From positions 14,198,001-14,262,000 of the forward strand of contig OZ231126.1 of the NCBI GenBank assembly GCA_965153355.1: DNA of 64,000 nt, read 5' to 3'. Source of the DNA: Flaccisagitta enflata (Eukaryota). Under the pieces are notes generated by a model, which worked only from the letters and a program-made list of their open reading frames with translations, was not told the origin of the DNA and did no database searches. A program made the translations under genes and the position numbers. Below, piece by piece: positions 27,079-41,822 of the stretch (position 1 is the first letter of the stretch; each line of letters begins with the position of its first letter).

Positions 27079-27969
27079 TGTGTGTGAGCGTGTGCGTGTG
27101 CGTGTGTGTGCGCGTGAGGCAGATCTATATTGACCCAAACTACTGATTCAACTTAGCGATTATCAGCCTGTACAGTCGAGTCTGGGGCATGAGACCTGGT
27201 GGGCAGGCTTGAGGCCTCTGGGGCAGATTTGATTCCTGCAGGGATGATTTGGGGCCATGAGGGCTGTACAAAAGGGTTAATTAGAGGGTTAATTAGAGGG
27301 CTTGGATGTCCAAAATTAGGCCAGATAGTGCTGATTTGAGGCCCAAGTAGCCATGGGGCAGGGGCGGAAGGACGGACATCTGGAAACTCACCCCTGTGTT
27401 CCACAGGACATGGGCCCTTTGGGTCGCTGCCCAAAGATGACAAGTCATCAAAGGATCGCACATGGTCAGCGCTCAGCAGGACCTGTTGCCCTGTCATTAG
27501 GCGAGGTGAGAGCACGGCAGGGGCCTTAAATAGCCACTGTTCTATAAAACACATTATGTTCTGTAAAACACATATGCGTTGTCATGGGTGAGCCGTTGCA
27601 TTAATTAAGACATGAGAGGCTGATGTTAGACCTAAGAGAGCTGATACCAGGCTTGGAAGGGCTAATATCAGGTCTGGGGGGCTTAGTATGGATCTTAGGG
27701 CGTGTTTCTAGTGATCAATGATCAATTCAAGGATGCTGTTTTCTTAGATCTCTGGTGTAGTAGGAGGGTTTGTCGAGTTGTTACAAAACTGGTTGGCAGC
27801 GGTACCAGCCAATGCCTCTAAAGATTGATGCTCCTTTAAATACACAACAATTTTTGCGAATCACCGCGAAGGGGGGTAAGAAAACAGCAAGGCTGTATCC
27901 AAGCAAAGGGAAAACGGTGGTTGCTAGGCGGACACATTTGAGAATAAAAAAACAAAACAACAGAAGCAG

Positions 27970-28374
27970 CTAACAACAATGACGATGACGATGGCGATGA
28001 CGACGACAATGAAAACAACAGCAACAACAGTGACAACAACAACAATGACAACAACAACAATGACAATGACGACAACACTGTCATCGACAATGACAAAGAA
28101 AACAGCAACAATAGCAGCTGCCGCAGCCAACATCATCAACAACAACAACAACAACAACAACAAAAACAAAAGCAACAACAACAAAAGCAACAACAACAGC
28201 AGCACCAGCAGTGAAAGCAGAAGCTGAAATAAATACAGCAGTGATAACGAGTTGTTATTCAAAAACACAAACCAAATCATTAACAACAGCAACAACAACA
28301 ATAACAACAACACCAACAATAACAATAACAACAACACCACCAACAACAACAACACCAACAACAACAACAACACC

Positions 28375-28420
<46 letters not shown>
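27970..28420. repeat. Degenerate (AAC)n tract
   Basis: Direct reading. Confidence 0.95.
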
Positions 28421-28852
28421 GTCGCCTATCCAGGAACAACATGCGACATGCAAAAGATCAAGTTTAAAAGATTCCTCTCATTCCTTAGTTGTTCATATTT
28501 CAAGTTTGAAATTGTTGTATTCAGTGAATGGATTTTATGTTTTTATGTTTTAAGTTGAAAAATGATTGAATTTCATGATCATAACTCATAAGATTATCGT
28601 CAATCTATTGTTGTCAATTCACTCAACGATTTGGTGTTGGAAGGAAGAAAAGTGAAAAAAAGTGATTTTTTGCTTTAAAATTGCATTTTTCAATCCAATG
28701 ACGGTCTGACAAAATCATGTTGAAAATGATTATGCAAGTAGACTGGGCTCTATTTATGCATGTAAAAAGTGAAAATCACTTGGAGTAAGAGATATTTTGA
28801 AATGGCAAAAATGAGCCCAGCCTATTGCTCATGCTCTCTCTCTCTGTCTCTT

Positions 28853-28950
<98 letters not shown>

Positions 28951-29339
28951 TCTCTTTCTCTCTCTGTCTCTGTCTCTCAAAATATATAGGTCTGAAGGGG
29001 CAGCTCTAGAAGATGTGGGGTTTTGACTTCGTAATTATACCCATGATTATTAGGAGCATTGGTGCTGTCACACACAAACTGAAAGATTACCTTGCACTTA
29101 TCCTTGAATGTGCAAATATTTCAGTATGCCAGAAAATTATGCTGCTTGACTCAACAAAAATTCACAAAGATGTTCTTTGAAGAAGTCAATAATGGCTTTC
29201 CTTCCCATAGGGGCTGGTTACCCCAAGGATTAAAAGCCAAAAAAAAAATCCCAGTGAAGATGCTATAATGCTAGAGTCTTGAATGAACCTGTTCAATCTT
29301 CACACTCTCTCTCTCTCTCTCTTTGTCTCTTTGTCTCTT

Positions 29340-29414
<75 letters not shown>

Positions 29415-30150
29415 TTTTTTTTTCTTTTCTCCCAGCATTTACGACTTTTTTCCTACGGCGATCAGCAGCCTTTATTGGTACTTTAAGAGAAAAGAGGCTC
29501 ATCGGGGAAAATTGCCATTTATACAAGATAAAGAACTATAAGTTACTCAGGCCCGGGAGATCATGCATGAGACTGAGACAAAATATGATATGTGCTTTGA
29601 ACCTCAATTACACGGTACAAAGAGCTAATAATAGGTTGGCTCTTTTCTCGCTCACCAATGCAATGTAAGTATACCATCGTCCATTTCCTTCATCCTTCAT
29701 CTTCGACAATAATGATGAGACGCTAATCGATTTTTCCCTTGGACTTATTTCCATCTTTGACTCATCCCGATTCCCAAATCGAATTCTAATGTCAGAAGCG
29801 GCAGAGCAAAGAACAAGGTAGGTCACACGGTTGCCCGTGTCGCGTGTGGGTGGGCAGCTACGACGAATTAACGATGACATAAGCTAATTGAATGTTTGGG
29901 CTGAGGCAGTGATGCAAAAAAAAAAAAAAAACTACTACAAGGAAACGAAGGATATTTATGATAGACTAATTGACTGACGGACATACCGACAAAGCGGGTT
30001 ACAGAGTCCGAAGCACGCGCGCGCTTGAAAAAAAAGGACGGAAGTCTGTTGATATTCTTCCAGGGAAAAAAAGATCGTTAAGAGGAAACACGCGCGCAAA
30101 CTGCCGGCGCCAAGCACGGTCAGACTGACACGACATCTCGGCACATCTCG

Positions 30151-30187
<37 letters not shown>

Positions 30188-30670
30188 TCTTCCTTGACTG
30201 TCTGTCTGTTTGATTGTCTGCCATCTTTTTTGCCAGAATTTCTCTCTTCCTTTACTCTCGTCACATCATTTTATATCCAACCCTTTCCTCTTGAATTTCC
30301 ATTTTCTTTTTTTTTTCCTCCCTTGGTCGTCTTTCCCCCATTCCAAGTTTATCCAAAGAGCGCCGCGACCAAGGAAAGGGCACGTACACACACAAACGCG
30401 CGGTATTTCATACATGCGCTCATACGTGTAAAGTTGTACACATACGCAAATAGTCACACGCCCGCCGCGTGCACGCCTATGTCAAGAGCTATTTGCGCGG
30501 TCGTTATGGCCTCGGTGGCGCCATGCTGTTGCAAACTCCAACACGTTTTTCCAGCCGAAGAAAAGGTCGCAAACAAAACCGGAAGAGACGTCCCAGGACA
30601 GGAAATACGTGGCAGATAGAGGAAACGTGGCGGCGGTGGCGCGTGTAGAAAAAACGAAGTCTTTTGAATA

Positions 30671-30968
30671 GAATGAATGAATGAATGAATGAATGAATGA
30701 ATGAATGAATGAATGAATGAATGAATGAATGAATGAATGAATGAATGAATAAATAAATGAATGAATGAATGAATTTAAAAACGAATAAGAAATGAATAAA
30801 TGAATATGAATAAATGAACGAATGAATAAGTCAATGAGTGAATGAATAAATGAAAAAATGAATAAATGAATGAATGAATAAAGAAAAGAAAGAAAGAATG
30901 AATGAATGAATGAATGAATGAATGAATGAATGAATGAATGAATGAATGAATGAATGAATGAATGAATG
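30671..30968. repeat. (GAAT)n microsatellite
   Basis: Direct reading. Confidence 0.97.
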
Positions 30969-32207
30969 CATTTTTCAGCTCAAATTTACTTCAATACAGT
31001 ACGGACTATGACTGATCACGAAGTAGACAGACGGGCAAACAGATGAGCATGACGTTGAAGTCGTTGAAACTTAAGTAGGAAGCTAAATAGCTGAGTTGAA
31101 GGACATTTTTCTTCGCCTCACATCTTTCCCTTCAAGTGAGACGATTGCTTTTTCCACATTAGGACTTGAAAGAGTGAGATTAGTTTTCTTACACCGTACT
31201 GACTGTGACGCGTAAAGAAACAAGGCCGGATACACAACTACCGAAGTCGCGTGCAGGGGCAGTGAAAAAAGGTTAACCCAAGCATTTGGGCAGGAGCAGT
31301 CATGCAAAAACCGCCCATAAACAAAACAAAAAAAACTAACGGGGATAGACGGACGGTTCGACTGATTGACATAGCGGATTATGGAGTCGCGTGCACGCGA
31401 CTAAAAAGTATTTTGCGACTGTAGCAAGTTTACATAAAAAGGAAAAAAAAGAGAAAAATATTCGTAGAAAAAAAGAAAGTATATTTTACAAACTGGAAAG
31501 GATAACAAGACACGATGGAGAGAGAAAAAGACATTTCAATACAAAACCCATTAATGGCCATTAATTTGGTTTGACTCAGAAAAAAAATATTACTTCTTGA
31601 TATTTTTTTTGTATCTAGGTACATACAACGTTAATAAAACGTCAAACAGGTAAAATGATACATACGCGGGGCCAGGATATAGCGTTATAAAGCGTTTATA
31701 ATCCTACTATAGTATATCTTTGATGCTGAGACTATGATTCCTCGCGGCCCAAAACAACACAGAATATACAAGGGAAAGATTCGGAATTACATTAAAAGTT
31801 ATCTTTACTGTTCATTGTTCAAATCAAACTCCCGGTGTTTCAAAACGATAGTATGCTTGTTGATGCAGTTGGGAGTAATCACAGGAGAAAAATAAGTTCA
31901 CTCACCTAATAGAATAATACATCATAAAACATTATTTATTCGTTTGTGACGGAATAAGGGTATGTGTCTAGATATTTACTATTAGTGAGTTATTTTCTCA
32001 TTCTCCACTCGTGTTTTATGTGCACGTTTGAGAGCGGATTAAAAGGAACGAACTTAGTAAGGGGGTAGGGGGGGGGGGATTCTGTACAAATTCATTCTCA
32101 TATACATTATACAAAACGTTTTTAGCACTTGATGCCTCACAAGGCATGGTGTTAGATAGAAGAATGAGTTATGCCAAGCCCAATTGAGTGCTTTGCATTC
32201 ATAAATC

Positions 32208-32256
<49 letters not shown>

Positions 32257-32646
32257 ACACTCACACTCACACTCACACTCACTCTCACACTCACACTCAC
32301 ACTCACACACACACATACCACTATTACTCTGGCAAGGCAATTAACACGGAACGTGACAAGTAGCAATAGAAAAAAATAGTAAAATTTCTGGTGAAAAATA
32401 GGCAGGAGCTTGATAAAGTGGAATGAAAATCTGGAATTGACTTAGTTTTTATGCATAGACGATAACATGTAAAAAAAAACTAGAAGCATCGTTTCTTTCT
32501 AAAAGAAAATGTTCCTCTCGTTAATGTAAATATTGAAATGATGTATAATGGAAACGTATTGTTCAGCCTAAAGTAATGTTGGTTGCAAATGAGTCCACAT
32601 TTTTGTTTTGGACGTCGGAATTCTCATGGTCATTTAATGATTAATC

Positions 32647-32954
32647 CAGGCCTGTATATTATTGAGTTCCCCCCCCCCGTGGGGGGGGGGGAAATCAAAG
32701 GGTCTGGAGACGGGGAAGGAAACCAAAGGGGGAAAAAAAAGAAAAAAAGAAAATATAACTTTTGACAGTAGTAAATCATAAAACCCAATTAGTGAAACCA
32801 AATTTAACATTTTTCAAACCATAACTACATGGTTTTATTGCTCTATGGAAAATAAAATCATAGATATAAAAATGCGATGCAATGCGTCGCGGGGAAGAAA
32901 ATCAAAGGCGGGGGGGGGGGGAAATCAAAAGCGACTCAATAATATACACCCCTG
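32647..32954. mobile_element. hAT-like MITE
   Basis: TIRs CAGGCCTGTATATTATTGAGT and ACTCAATAATATACACCCCTG. 8-bp TSD GATTAATC on both sides. Confidence 0.85.
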
Positions 32955-33359
32955 GATTAATCACCTCAAAATTTGCGGATCTGAGAGTCAAATTGGTTTT
33001 AGCGGACTTTTATATCGTTTCAATGTGAATGTCAGTTTTACTTCCAACTGTCATCTGGGGTACAGATAAGAGTAGATAACCATCTAACCGTCGGGGAGAT
33101 TGATCCTCGTGTCGCGATGAAAATTGTTGTCAATCGATGATTTTTTTTGAATACACGTTTTGAAGTTTTCCATCTCAAATTAACTTGAGAAAGCCATAAA
33201 AAAAGTAATTGTGAAAATCCATCTTTGCTCAATGCGCTTCTCTATTCATTGAATATAGTGAAGGGAAGGGGGGGGGGGCTGATTGTCTTTTACTTAAATG
33301 GATAACTTTGTTTTGTTTAAGTTTTGTTGTTTTGTTTGGTTTCATTGTTTCGTTTTGTT

Positions 33360-35632
33360 TTAGATATGGCAGTATGTCTTCAAGGCGGAGCAAAGGACGT
33401 AAATCATCCAGAACGAGACAAAGAGTCCAGCGGTGATGCCTTTGATGGGTTGGGGTCCCCCCAACGCTCCTCCAGCCACTTTGTGACTCCTTCTCACGAT
33501 AAGAACGATGTAAGTCGCCACTGCGAGTCCCGAGAAAAGTCCCACGCTAAAGCCGAGTTCGCCTCCGGCCACGACGAAGCCGCAGCACGTGCCGCGGGCC
33601 TCGTGATAAATCGCGGCCACCGTCCAGGCCAAGCCCAAGCCCATGAAGACGTTGACGGCGTTGGATCCGTTGACGTTGCCGATAGAACTGTCGGCGTATT
33701 CGTCGTTGATGGCGGCGACTTTGGAGGCGAACGTGTCCGGCACGCTGGTGCCGAGGGCGACGAACGTGATGGCGGTGACGGCGTCCTTCAAGCCGACGGT
33801 GCAACCGAATAATCCGGCGACGTCGCCAACGACTCCCGTCACGAGACCGATCAAAACGATGGAAACGACGAAGCAAAGCCACCCGCCGAAATATTCCGTC
33901 GGAGGGATCAAAGCGAAGAGCAATTTCCACGGCAAAGTGAGGTAATGCATGACGTAATCCATGCATCCCGGTTTAACAGCTTCGCCGCCTTCTTTACCGC
34001 AATCTTCTTCGCCGGAATCGCCGACGGTCAAAGCCTCGACGAACTGCTGCTGCCAGGACGACGTGCTGGCGATAGCCTGTTGCTGCGCCAAGGATTTCTT
34101 GTGAATCTTGTCGACGAGTCCGCGGAATTCTTCGTCCTCTTTGATGGCGATGGTGAGTCGTTTCATTTCGCCCAAATAAGGGGCGCCCAATTTGGCGATG
34201 TCCTCGTCTTTGCCCACAATATCTTCGGCCTGCTCGATCTCTTGCAATTTGGCCCAATGAGGTTCCTCCAGCTCCACGTAAAATTCGATGTCCTTGTTGT
34301 ATTTATCTTCATCCACGATCTGGATGTTGAATTTCGCTTCGAATTGTTCGTTTTCGAAACAAAGTACCCCAGTATCGTCACCGGTGAAATGTTCGCCCGA
34401 TTTCGCGGTGCCCGAAATGACTTTGTAAGGAACGGAAATGCGTCCCCGGGCGCCGGAATGACGCACTACGGTGACGGTGACTTCTCCGCACGTCTCGCTG
34501 ACGTCGTAATGCGGCGTGTCAAATTGAAAGCAACCCGCGCGATCGTCGTCCAAAATCAAAATGGTGGCGAAACTGGGATTGGCTAATTCCACTTTGACCT
34601 TTTCCACGTCCCGGCCTTCTCTGTCCATGTCCCGGAGGTTGGAGAGACGGACGATGAAATGCTCGTCCTCTTCGAAGACGTCGTTGTCGATGATCGGGAT
34701 CCGAATGTATTTCTCCCTTTCTTGCGGAAGAAAAGTGAGGGTGCCTTTGGTGTCTTCGTAATCCTTGCCGGCATTGGCGACTCCGTCTTCGGTGGCGTAG
34801 TCCACGGTGATCGTGCAGTTGAGATCGCCCCCCTCCCTCCTGACAGTGACGACCATATCGCCGCAGTTTTCCATCACTGAATAATGTCCCGGATCGCAAA
34901 AGACGCGGGTGATCACAGCTCCCGTGGCTGAGTCGACTTGATCGAGTTCCGCGATGTCGTCTTTCATCTTGAGACTTGCCCCACCCGTCATCTTGCGCGA
35001 GGCGGCGATTCGGTAATAGGCTCGGGACTTGGGAGCTCGATTGAACAATTCGTTGCGGGCCATCACTTCCAGCTTCTCGGGCGAAGCTCCTGGGTCCTGT
35101 TTACGCAAATCCCTCAGGATGTTGATGTATTGAATTCGATGTTCCTCGAATTCTCTCACTTTGGGATCCAGAGAGGCCATTTCTTCTGGCAACATGATTT
35201 GGTCGCCGGTGTCGACTTTTCCGTGCGTAGCTTTGAGGACTTTCCCCGTGTCGGATTTGTAATATCGCGCGGCATGCGTGTCTTTGTAACAGACCCGCTT
35301 GTCGCACAAATAAGCCGTGATGACCGTGATCGGGAAGAACAAAAACGTTAAGATGGCCTCCCAGACGTCGACTCTGTTCGGCGACGAGACTTGGAGGATG
35401 ATGTAGAGCCAGATGTAGGCGAAGATGCTCCACAACGCGGTGCAGATGAACACCATCATGTGCTTGATGCGTCGGTGTTCGCCGCTGGGAATCGCGGCGA
35501 CGCAAAGAGCGATGATCATGAATAGATTGAAGGCCGCCGAACCGACGATCGTGCCGGGTCCTAGAGAACCGGCTTTGAATTTGGCGCCAATGATCTCGAT
35601 GAGGGAAAATAGGATTTCGGGGGCCGAGGAAC
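33360..35632 (-). CDS. NCX coding exon 3 (alpha-1 GSSAPE, XIP region, two Calx-beta domains, alpha-2 GTSVPD, C-terminal TMs, stop)
   Basis: Acceptor (TC)n-CCTTCCAG|GT completes the Gly of GSSAPE. Motifs: GPGTIVGSAAFNLF, KSRAYYRI, MENCG, EDGVANAGKDYE, FEEDEHF, ILDDDRAG, SWQQQFVEAL, ALGTSVPDTFASK, GSNAVNV. Spliced CDS 216+250+2273 = 2739 nt (912 aa plus stop). Confidence 0.97.
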
Positions 35633-35637
35633 CTGGA

Positions 35638-35730
<93 letters not shown>

Positions 35731-36158
35731 TTTTCATTAAACTATTCTGGGGAAATGACATTCACCTGAAGAAAAGCTATCAATGCTTAATAATTGATTT
35801 CATAATAATGATTGAAAATATGGATGAATTTATAGATGACAGGATGGCTGAATGATTGGATGTATGGAGGCAAAACCCAAAGTGATCAGAAGTCGGAAAA
35901 AAATGGAACAAGTGACGCGGGGTCACAATATTGTTGCGCACGGGTGGGCAGAGGCACCTAAACCCCATCTGAATCCAACACCCATCCCAACCCCCTTTCC
36001 AACACAGACACATACACAAAAAAAACTGCTGAATCTCTGTTTTCCCACTTTTCGACTCGTGCTCATGGACTGACGGACGGACAAAGCCTCCTATAGAATT
36101 GTGTGTCCGCAACTAAAAAAGAAGCAAGGGAGAAAAAAAGACCAATGAAAAATGATTG

Positions 36159-36205
<47 letters not shown>

Positions 36206-36225
36206 AGGAAAGAAGGAAAGAAGGA

Positions 36226-36269
<44 letters not shown>

Positions 36270-36500
36270 GAGAAAGAAAGAAAGAAAGAAAGAAAGAGAG
36301 ACAAAAAGAAAGATAGAACTCTCCAAATGTATAAGAGAGTAAGATATTAAAATTGTATTGATCCCTTGATTGACATTGAGACATTGACTTTGATTGGTTG
36401 TTTGTTTATTGGATTTTTTTTTATTTTTGATTTATTGACTTATTGATAGATTGGTTGAGAGATTAAAAGCAGACATGTACTTGATATTTCAAATACTTAC

Positions 36501-36750
36501 CTAAAGCCATAAGCGTCAAATTAGACACTGTTTCGTTCCAGACTTTGACGGTGACGGTGGTCGACTCCCCCGTGCCCAACTTGACGTCGACGTCGCGATT
36601 CGTCGACGTGATCAGTTCGATGGCCGCCATGAATCTTTCGGCCACCAAAGACAGGCCCAAGAACAAGTAGATCAGCGCCAGAAACAACAGGATACCACGT
36701 CCGGCGCGCTCAGCACCCGGAATCTCACTGCCGGTCTCGTTGATTGTCGG
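36501..36750 (-). CDS. NCX coding exon 2 (TM1 and start of alpha-1 repeat)
   Basis: Acceptor (C)n-AACAG|CCG and donor TTAG|GTAAGT (phase 1). Encodes ...YLFLGLSLVAERFMAAIELITS...VKVWNETVSNLTLMAL-G, typical NCX sequence. Confidence 0.95.
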
Positions 36751-36883
36751 CTGTTGGGGGGGGGGGGGAAGAATAGGAAAGAGGGAGAACATGTATTTAT
36801 TGTTTGTTTTTTTGGGTTTTTTTTTTATCGTGGCTTTTGCAATTTTCGTAGCTTTATGGTTTCTTCTTGTTAGATTATCATTT

Positions 36884-38480
<1,597 letters not shown>

Positions 38481-40185
38481 CAGAGAGGAAGAGGCAGAGG
38501 CAACTGAAGGGGAAGACAGCGTGTTAGAGAGTGGCGAGCTTAACGACAAGGCTCTAAAGCAAAGATGAACGAGGTCAGCCAAATAATGGATGTCCTTCCC
38601 AATTTAACATGACTTTTACGGCCTGGGATTGATTGGCCGTGAATAACTTGGCTCGAGGCTTGGGCAAGACTAGGGCAAGACTAGAGGAAGCCGGAAGACT
38701 TGGGCAATCCTTCGAAGCCATCTGAGAGCGCCATCTCATCTGTGTCAACGCCGACTTCCATTCTTACTTCTATGAATTCCAAAGGTGGCTAAGTGAACTA
38801 GTGAAGTCAATCCGTCAATCTGTGCCATTTTCGAGCGGTTATTGCAATGCTGTCGCGCCACAACAGCGCACTACTATTACGATTGTCCTAGATCTTAGTG
38901 TGCCTTTACAATTGCCTCTTTCAATTTGTCCCTCTTTCCGTCCATGTGATGATCGAGAATATGCTAAGTGAATCACTACGCAGGCGCGTCTATTTTCTTC
39001 CCTTTCTATGTGTCAAGTTCTTCGATTTTTCTGTTAGTTTTTTGTTTTGTTTTGTTTTGTTTCTTTGTTGAAATAAATATCCATTGTCAGTTTTCATGAT
39101 TTCCTCGCTGAGAAATATTTCACTTTCCTATTCCCACCTCATAAGATATTTTCATACAACTTGCCATTTCCATTATTCTTTTCCATTAGGATTTTCATTG
39201 TTAGCCATTTACTTACGTCACTTGTTCCATTCAGTGGTAATTGGCGTCGTTAAGATAGGGAAATTCTCGCCTCTCAGGATTCTCTTCTCCCCCCCCCCCC
39301 TGCCATAGTTGTTGATTTTCTTTCTAAATCTTATATCTCACCTCAACTTTTTTGCTTTTTTGTATCATTTGTTTCCCTTACTGACTTTTACTTTCTATTC
39401 CTCTTCATCTCTCTCACACTCTTTCTCCCCTTACCTGGCTAGCTGGCTGTCGCAGATAGTTTTGATTCTCATTCTCTCTCTCTCTCTTTCTCTTTCTCTC
39501 TCTCTCTCTCTCTCTCCTTTTCCTCACATCGCACTTGGCACCGTCACTGATGTAATTCAATCCCTGAGAATCTATTGGAAGTCAATTGATTTTATTTTCT
39601 CAATCAGATTAACTTCTTTTTATTCGAGTTCTTTCGCGATTTCAAAACTTTTTTACGAGATGCGTGACACGTTTGAAACTCTTTCAAACCTTATTGTTTT
39701 CACTTATCAGCTCATTTGTTTGAAGACAAATTTGTCGCTGAGATGTTTTTCTAGGTGCGTCATCCTATTTCGAGCGGTCCGTCGGTATGTTGGGTCTTTC
39801 GTCAAGCCTTTTTAGTCGCGTGCACGCGACTCTATACCCCGCTTTGTCAGTCCGTCGGTTGGTCGGTCCCCTTTTGGGCAGCGGCCCCGAAGGGGTCGCT
39901 GACCTATGCTTTCACACATATGGAGAATTTTCTCCTCCTCCTTCTCCTTCTCCTTTGTACCCGCCCCCCCCCCCCAGCCTTCAGGCCCATATCTCAGCCT
40001 GGAGGCCCATATCCCAGCCTCGAGGCCCAAATCCTAGTCTTGAGGCCAAAATCCCACCCTCGAGGCCAAAATCCCACCCTCGAGGCCCAAATCCCAACCC
40101 CAAGGCCCAGATTCCAGTCTTTTGCTTGCTCCCCCTCAACTCCAACCACAACCTGCTTAAGCAGGGCACGGGTACCGCTGACCAT

Positions 40186-40490
40186 GTTGTTGTTGTTGTT
40201 AACCGGGGGAGTCTACCCGGGCGAGATGAGCATGAATGCGGCATCTGATTTACAGAGAGGCCATGCAATCCACCACATTGGGCCATGCCATTGGATCTTT
40301 TTGTGTAAGACTCCTGTCTATGTCGTGTCAAATTTTTGTCTGCTTCAACCGTAAGGGGAGCTTTATTACAATCATAAACACACGCTACGCTAGCAATGCT
40401 ACGTCTGAGTGGGGAACGCAGACGGGGATCGATCCCGCGACCTTCGAAACCGAAGGCAAGAGCCGTAACCACTCGGCCACCACGCGCCCC
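40186..40490 (-). mobile_element. tRNA-derived SINE (~305 bp)
   Basis: Minus-strand head GGGGCGCGTGGTGGCCGAGTGGTTA... with A box TGGCCGAGTGG and B-box-like GGATCGATCCC. (AAC)n tail. Exact 12-bp TSD ACCGCTGACCAT (40174-40185 and 40491-40502). Confidence 0.92.
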
Positions 40491-40995
40491 ACCGCTGACC
40501 ATCTAACGCTTTTGCGACTATTTACTTCATAGTACATTAAGTTATTTCTTTAAGTCATCTTAGGGTGTCCTAAGCAATTTTAAGGCATTCTAAGTCATTC
40601 TTAGTCATTCTAAGTCATTTCAAGTCATTTTTGGACATTAGGTCATTTAATCATTTTAATTTTTTAAGTCCTTTTTGGTCATTTTAAGTCATTCTATGTC
40701 TTTCTAAGTTATTTCAAGTGTGTAAGTCTTGCAGGCGACTAGAAGGCCTTGTTTCTTAATCACACCCCTGACGCATGAAAGTTGCCCTGATGGGCTTGTG
40801 CTCAGTTTCTAAAAGCTAACAGCTGTCTCAACGACTCAATCCCACTCCCCCATTTATTTTTCGGATTTTGTTCCAGCCAAATGTGTTAACCTTTACAGCG
40901 CGAGTAACACTACGCTCAAAAACCTGATTCAAGTACGAGCCTGGTTTGGACAATTACGTCGTGGATTACAGAATTCGTCATCAATCTACGACCAG

Positions 40996-41229
40996 TTTTT
41001 AGTCGCGTGCACGCGACTCTACACCCCGCTTTGTCTGTCCGTCCGTCTGTCGGTCTGACGGTTAGTCCATCCATCACACTTTTACTTTTTTTTATCAATT
41101 TAAGTCATTTTAGGTCATTTAATTTTAAGAGTATACTAAGTCATTCTAAGTCATATAAAGTCATTCTAAGTCATTCTAAGTCATTCTAAATGTATGTCTT
41201 GCACGCGACTTAAAGGTGTTGACCTTGTT
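40996..41229 (+). mobile_element. HINE-like family C with internal AAGTCATTCT decamer repeats (copies 2787-3030, 21450-22270, 25277-25639, 39809-40753)
   Basis: 5' palindrome AGTCGCGTGCACGCGACT, (GTCC)n, tandem 10-mers, 3' GCACGCGACT...CCTTGTT. Confidence 0.75.
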
Positions 41230-41822
41230 TTTCATGAAGTTGCCTTCCGAATGAGAACTTTCAAACGATGACTAGTTTCAACAAGTTTCTTTTTGATCTA
41301 CTTCTTACAACATTTGCCATTAAAACGGCTGTCAGATGATCTACAATGCTTATACAGAACATTCAACTTTAAGATCTTGGCACAATACCTTATTTCAGTA
41401 ATCGTCAGTGCCCGTCAATAACTCACTCGCCGCAAAGCAAGTATAAAAGGCAAACAGCTCTACAGTAACTATTTTGTCTTGATATAAGAAAATTAAAAAC
41501 CGATTTGGTCGCGATTTCTTATCGAACATTGACCCCGCTTTGACTCGGCTTAGAATTAAATCAGCTTTAGCTGTGTTAGACTTTGGAGCAAGGCTTGGAC
41601 ATAATTTACGGTGGAATTGGCATTTGTAAAAAATAGAATCACAAAGGCAAAAAAACATTTCCTATATTTCTTTAAATGGTTCGTCACTTGCCTTCCTTCC
41701 ATGTCCCAGTCTGTACAACTAGACTAGTGAATTAGCCAACTTTGCTGACAGATTAGAAACGCCACCAATCATCCTTTGGCATCAAAAATGACGCCTTTTG
41801 CACCTTCCGTACGTTCACTCAC

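Noticed and set aside
29608..29880. 90-aa minus-strand ORF
   Set aside because: It starts in a HINE end, has no recognisable domain and no convincing splice context.
33324..35505. Overlapping and antisense ORFs over the NCX exon
   Set aside because: Shadow frames of GC-rich coding sequence with no recognisable motifs.
33360..35519. 719-aa ORF as a complete gene
   Set aside because: The start is an internal Met. The frame extends to the acceptor at 35632 and joins two upstream exons.
40410..40490. Functional tRNA gene
   Set aside because: Poor stem pairing, attached SINE body, (AAC)n tail and TSD.
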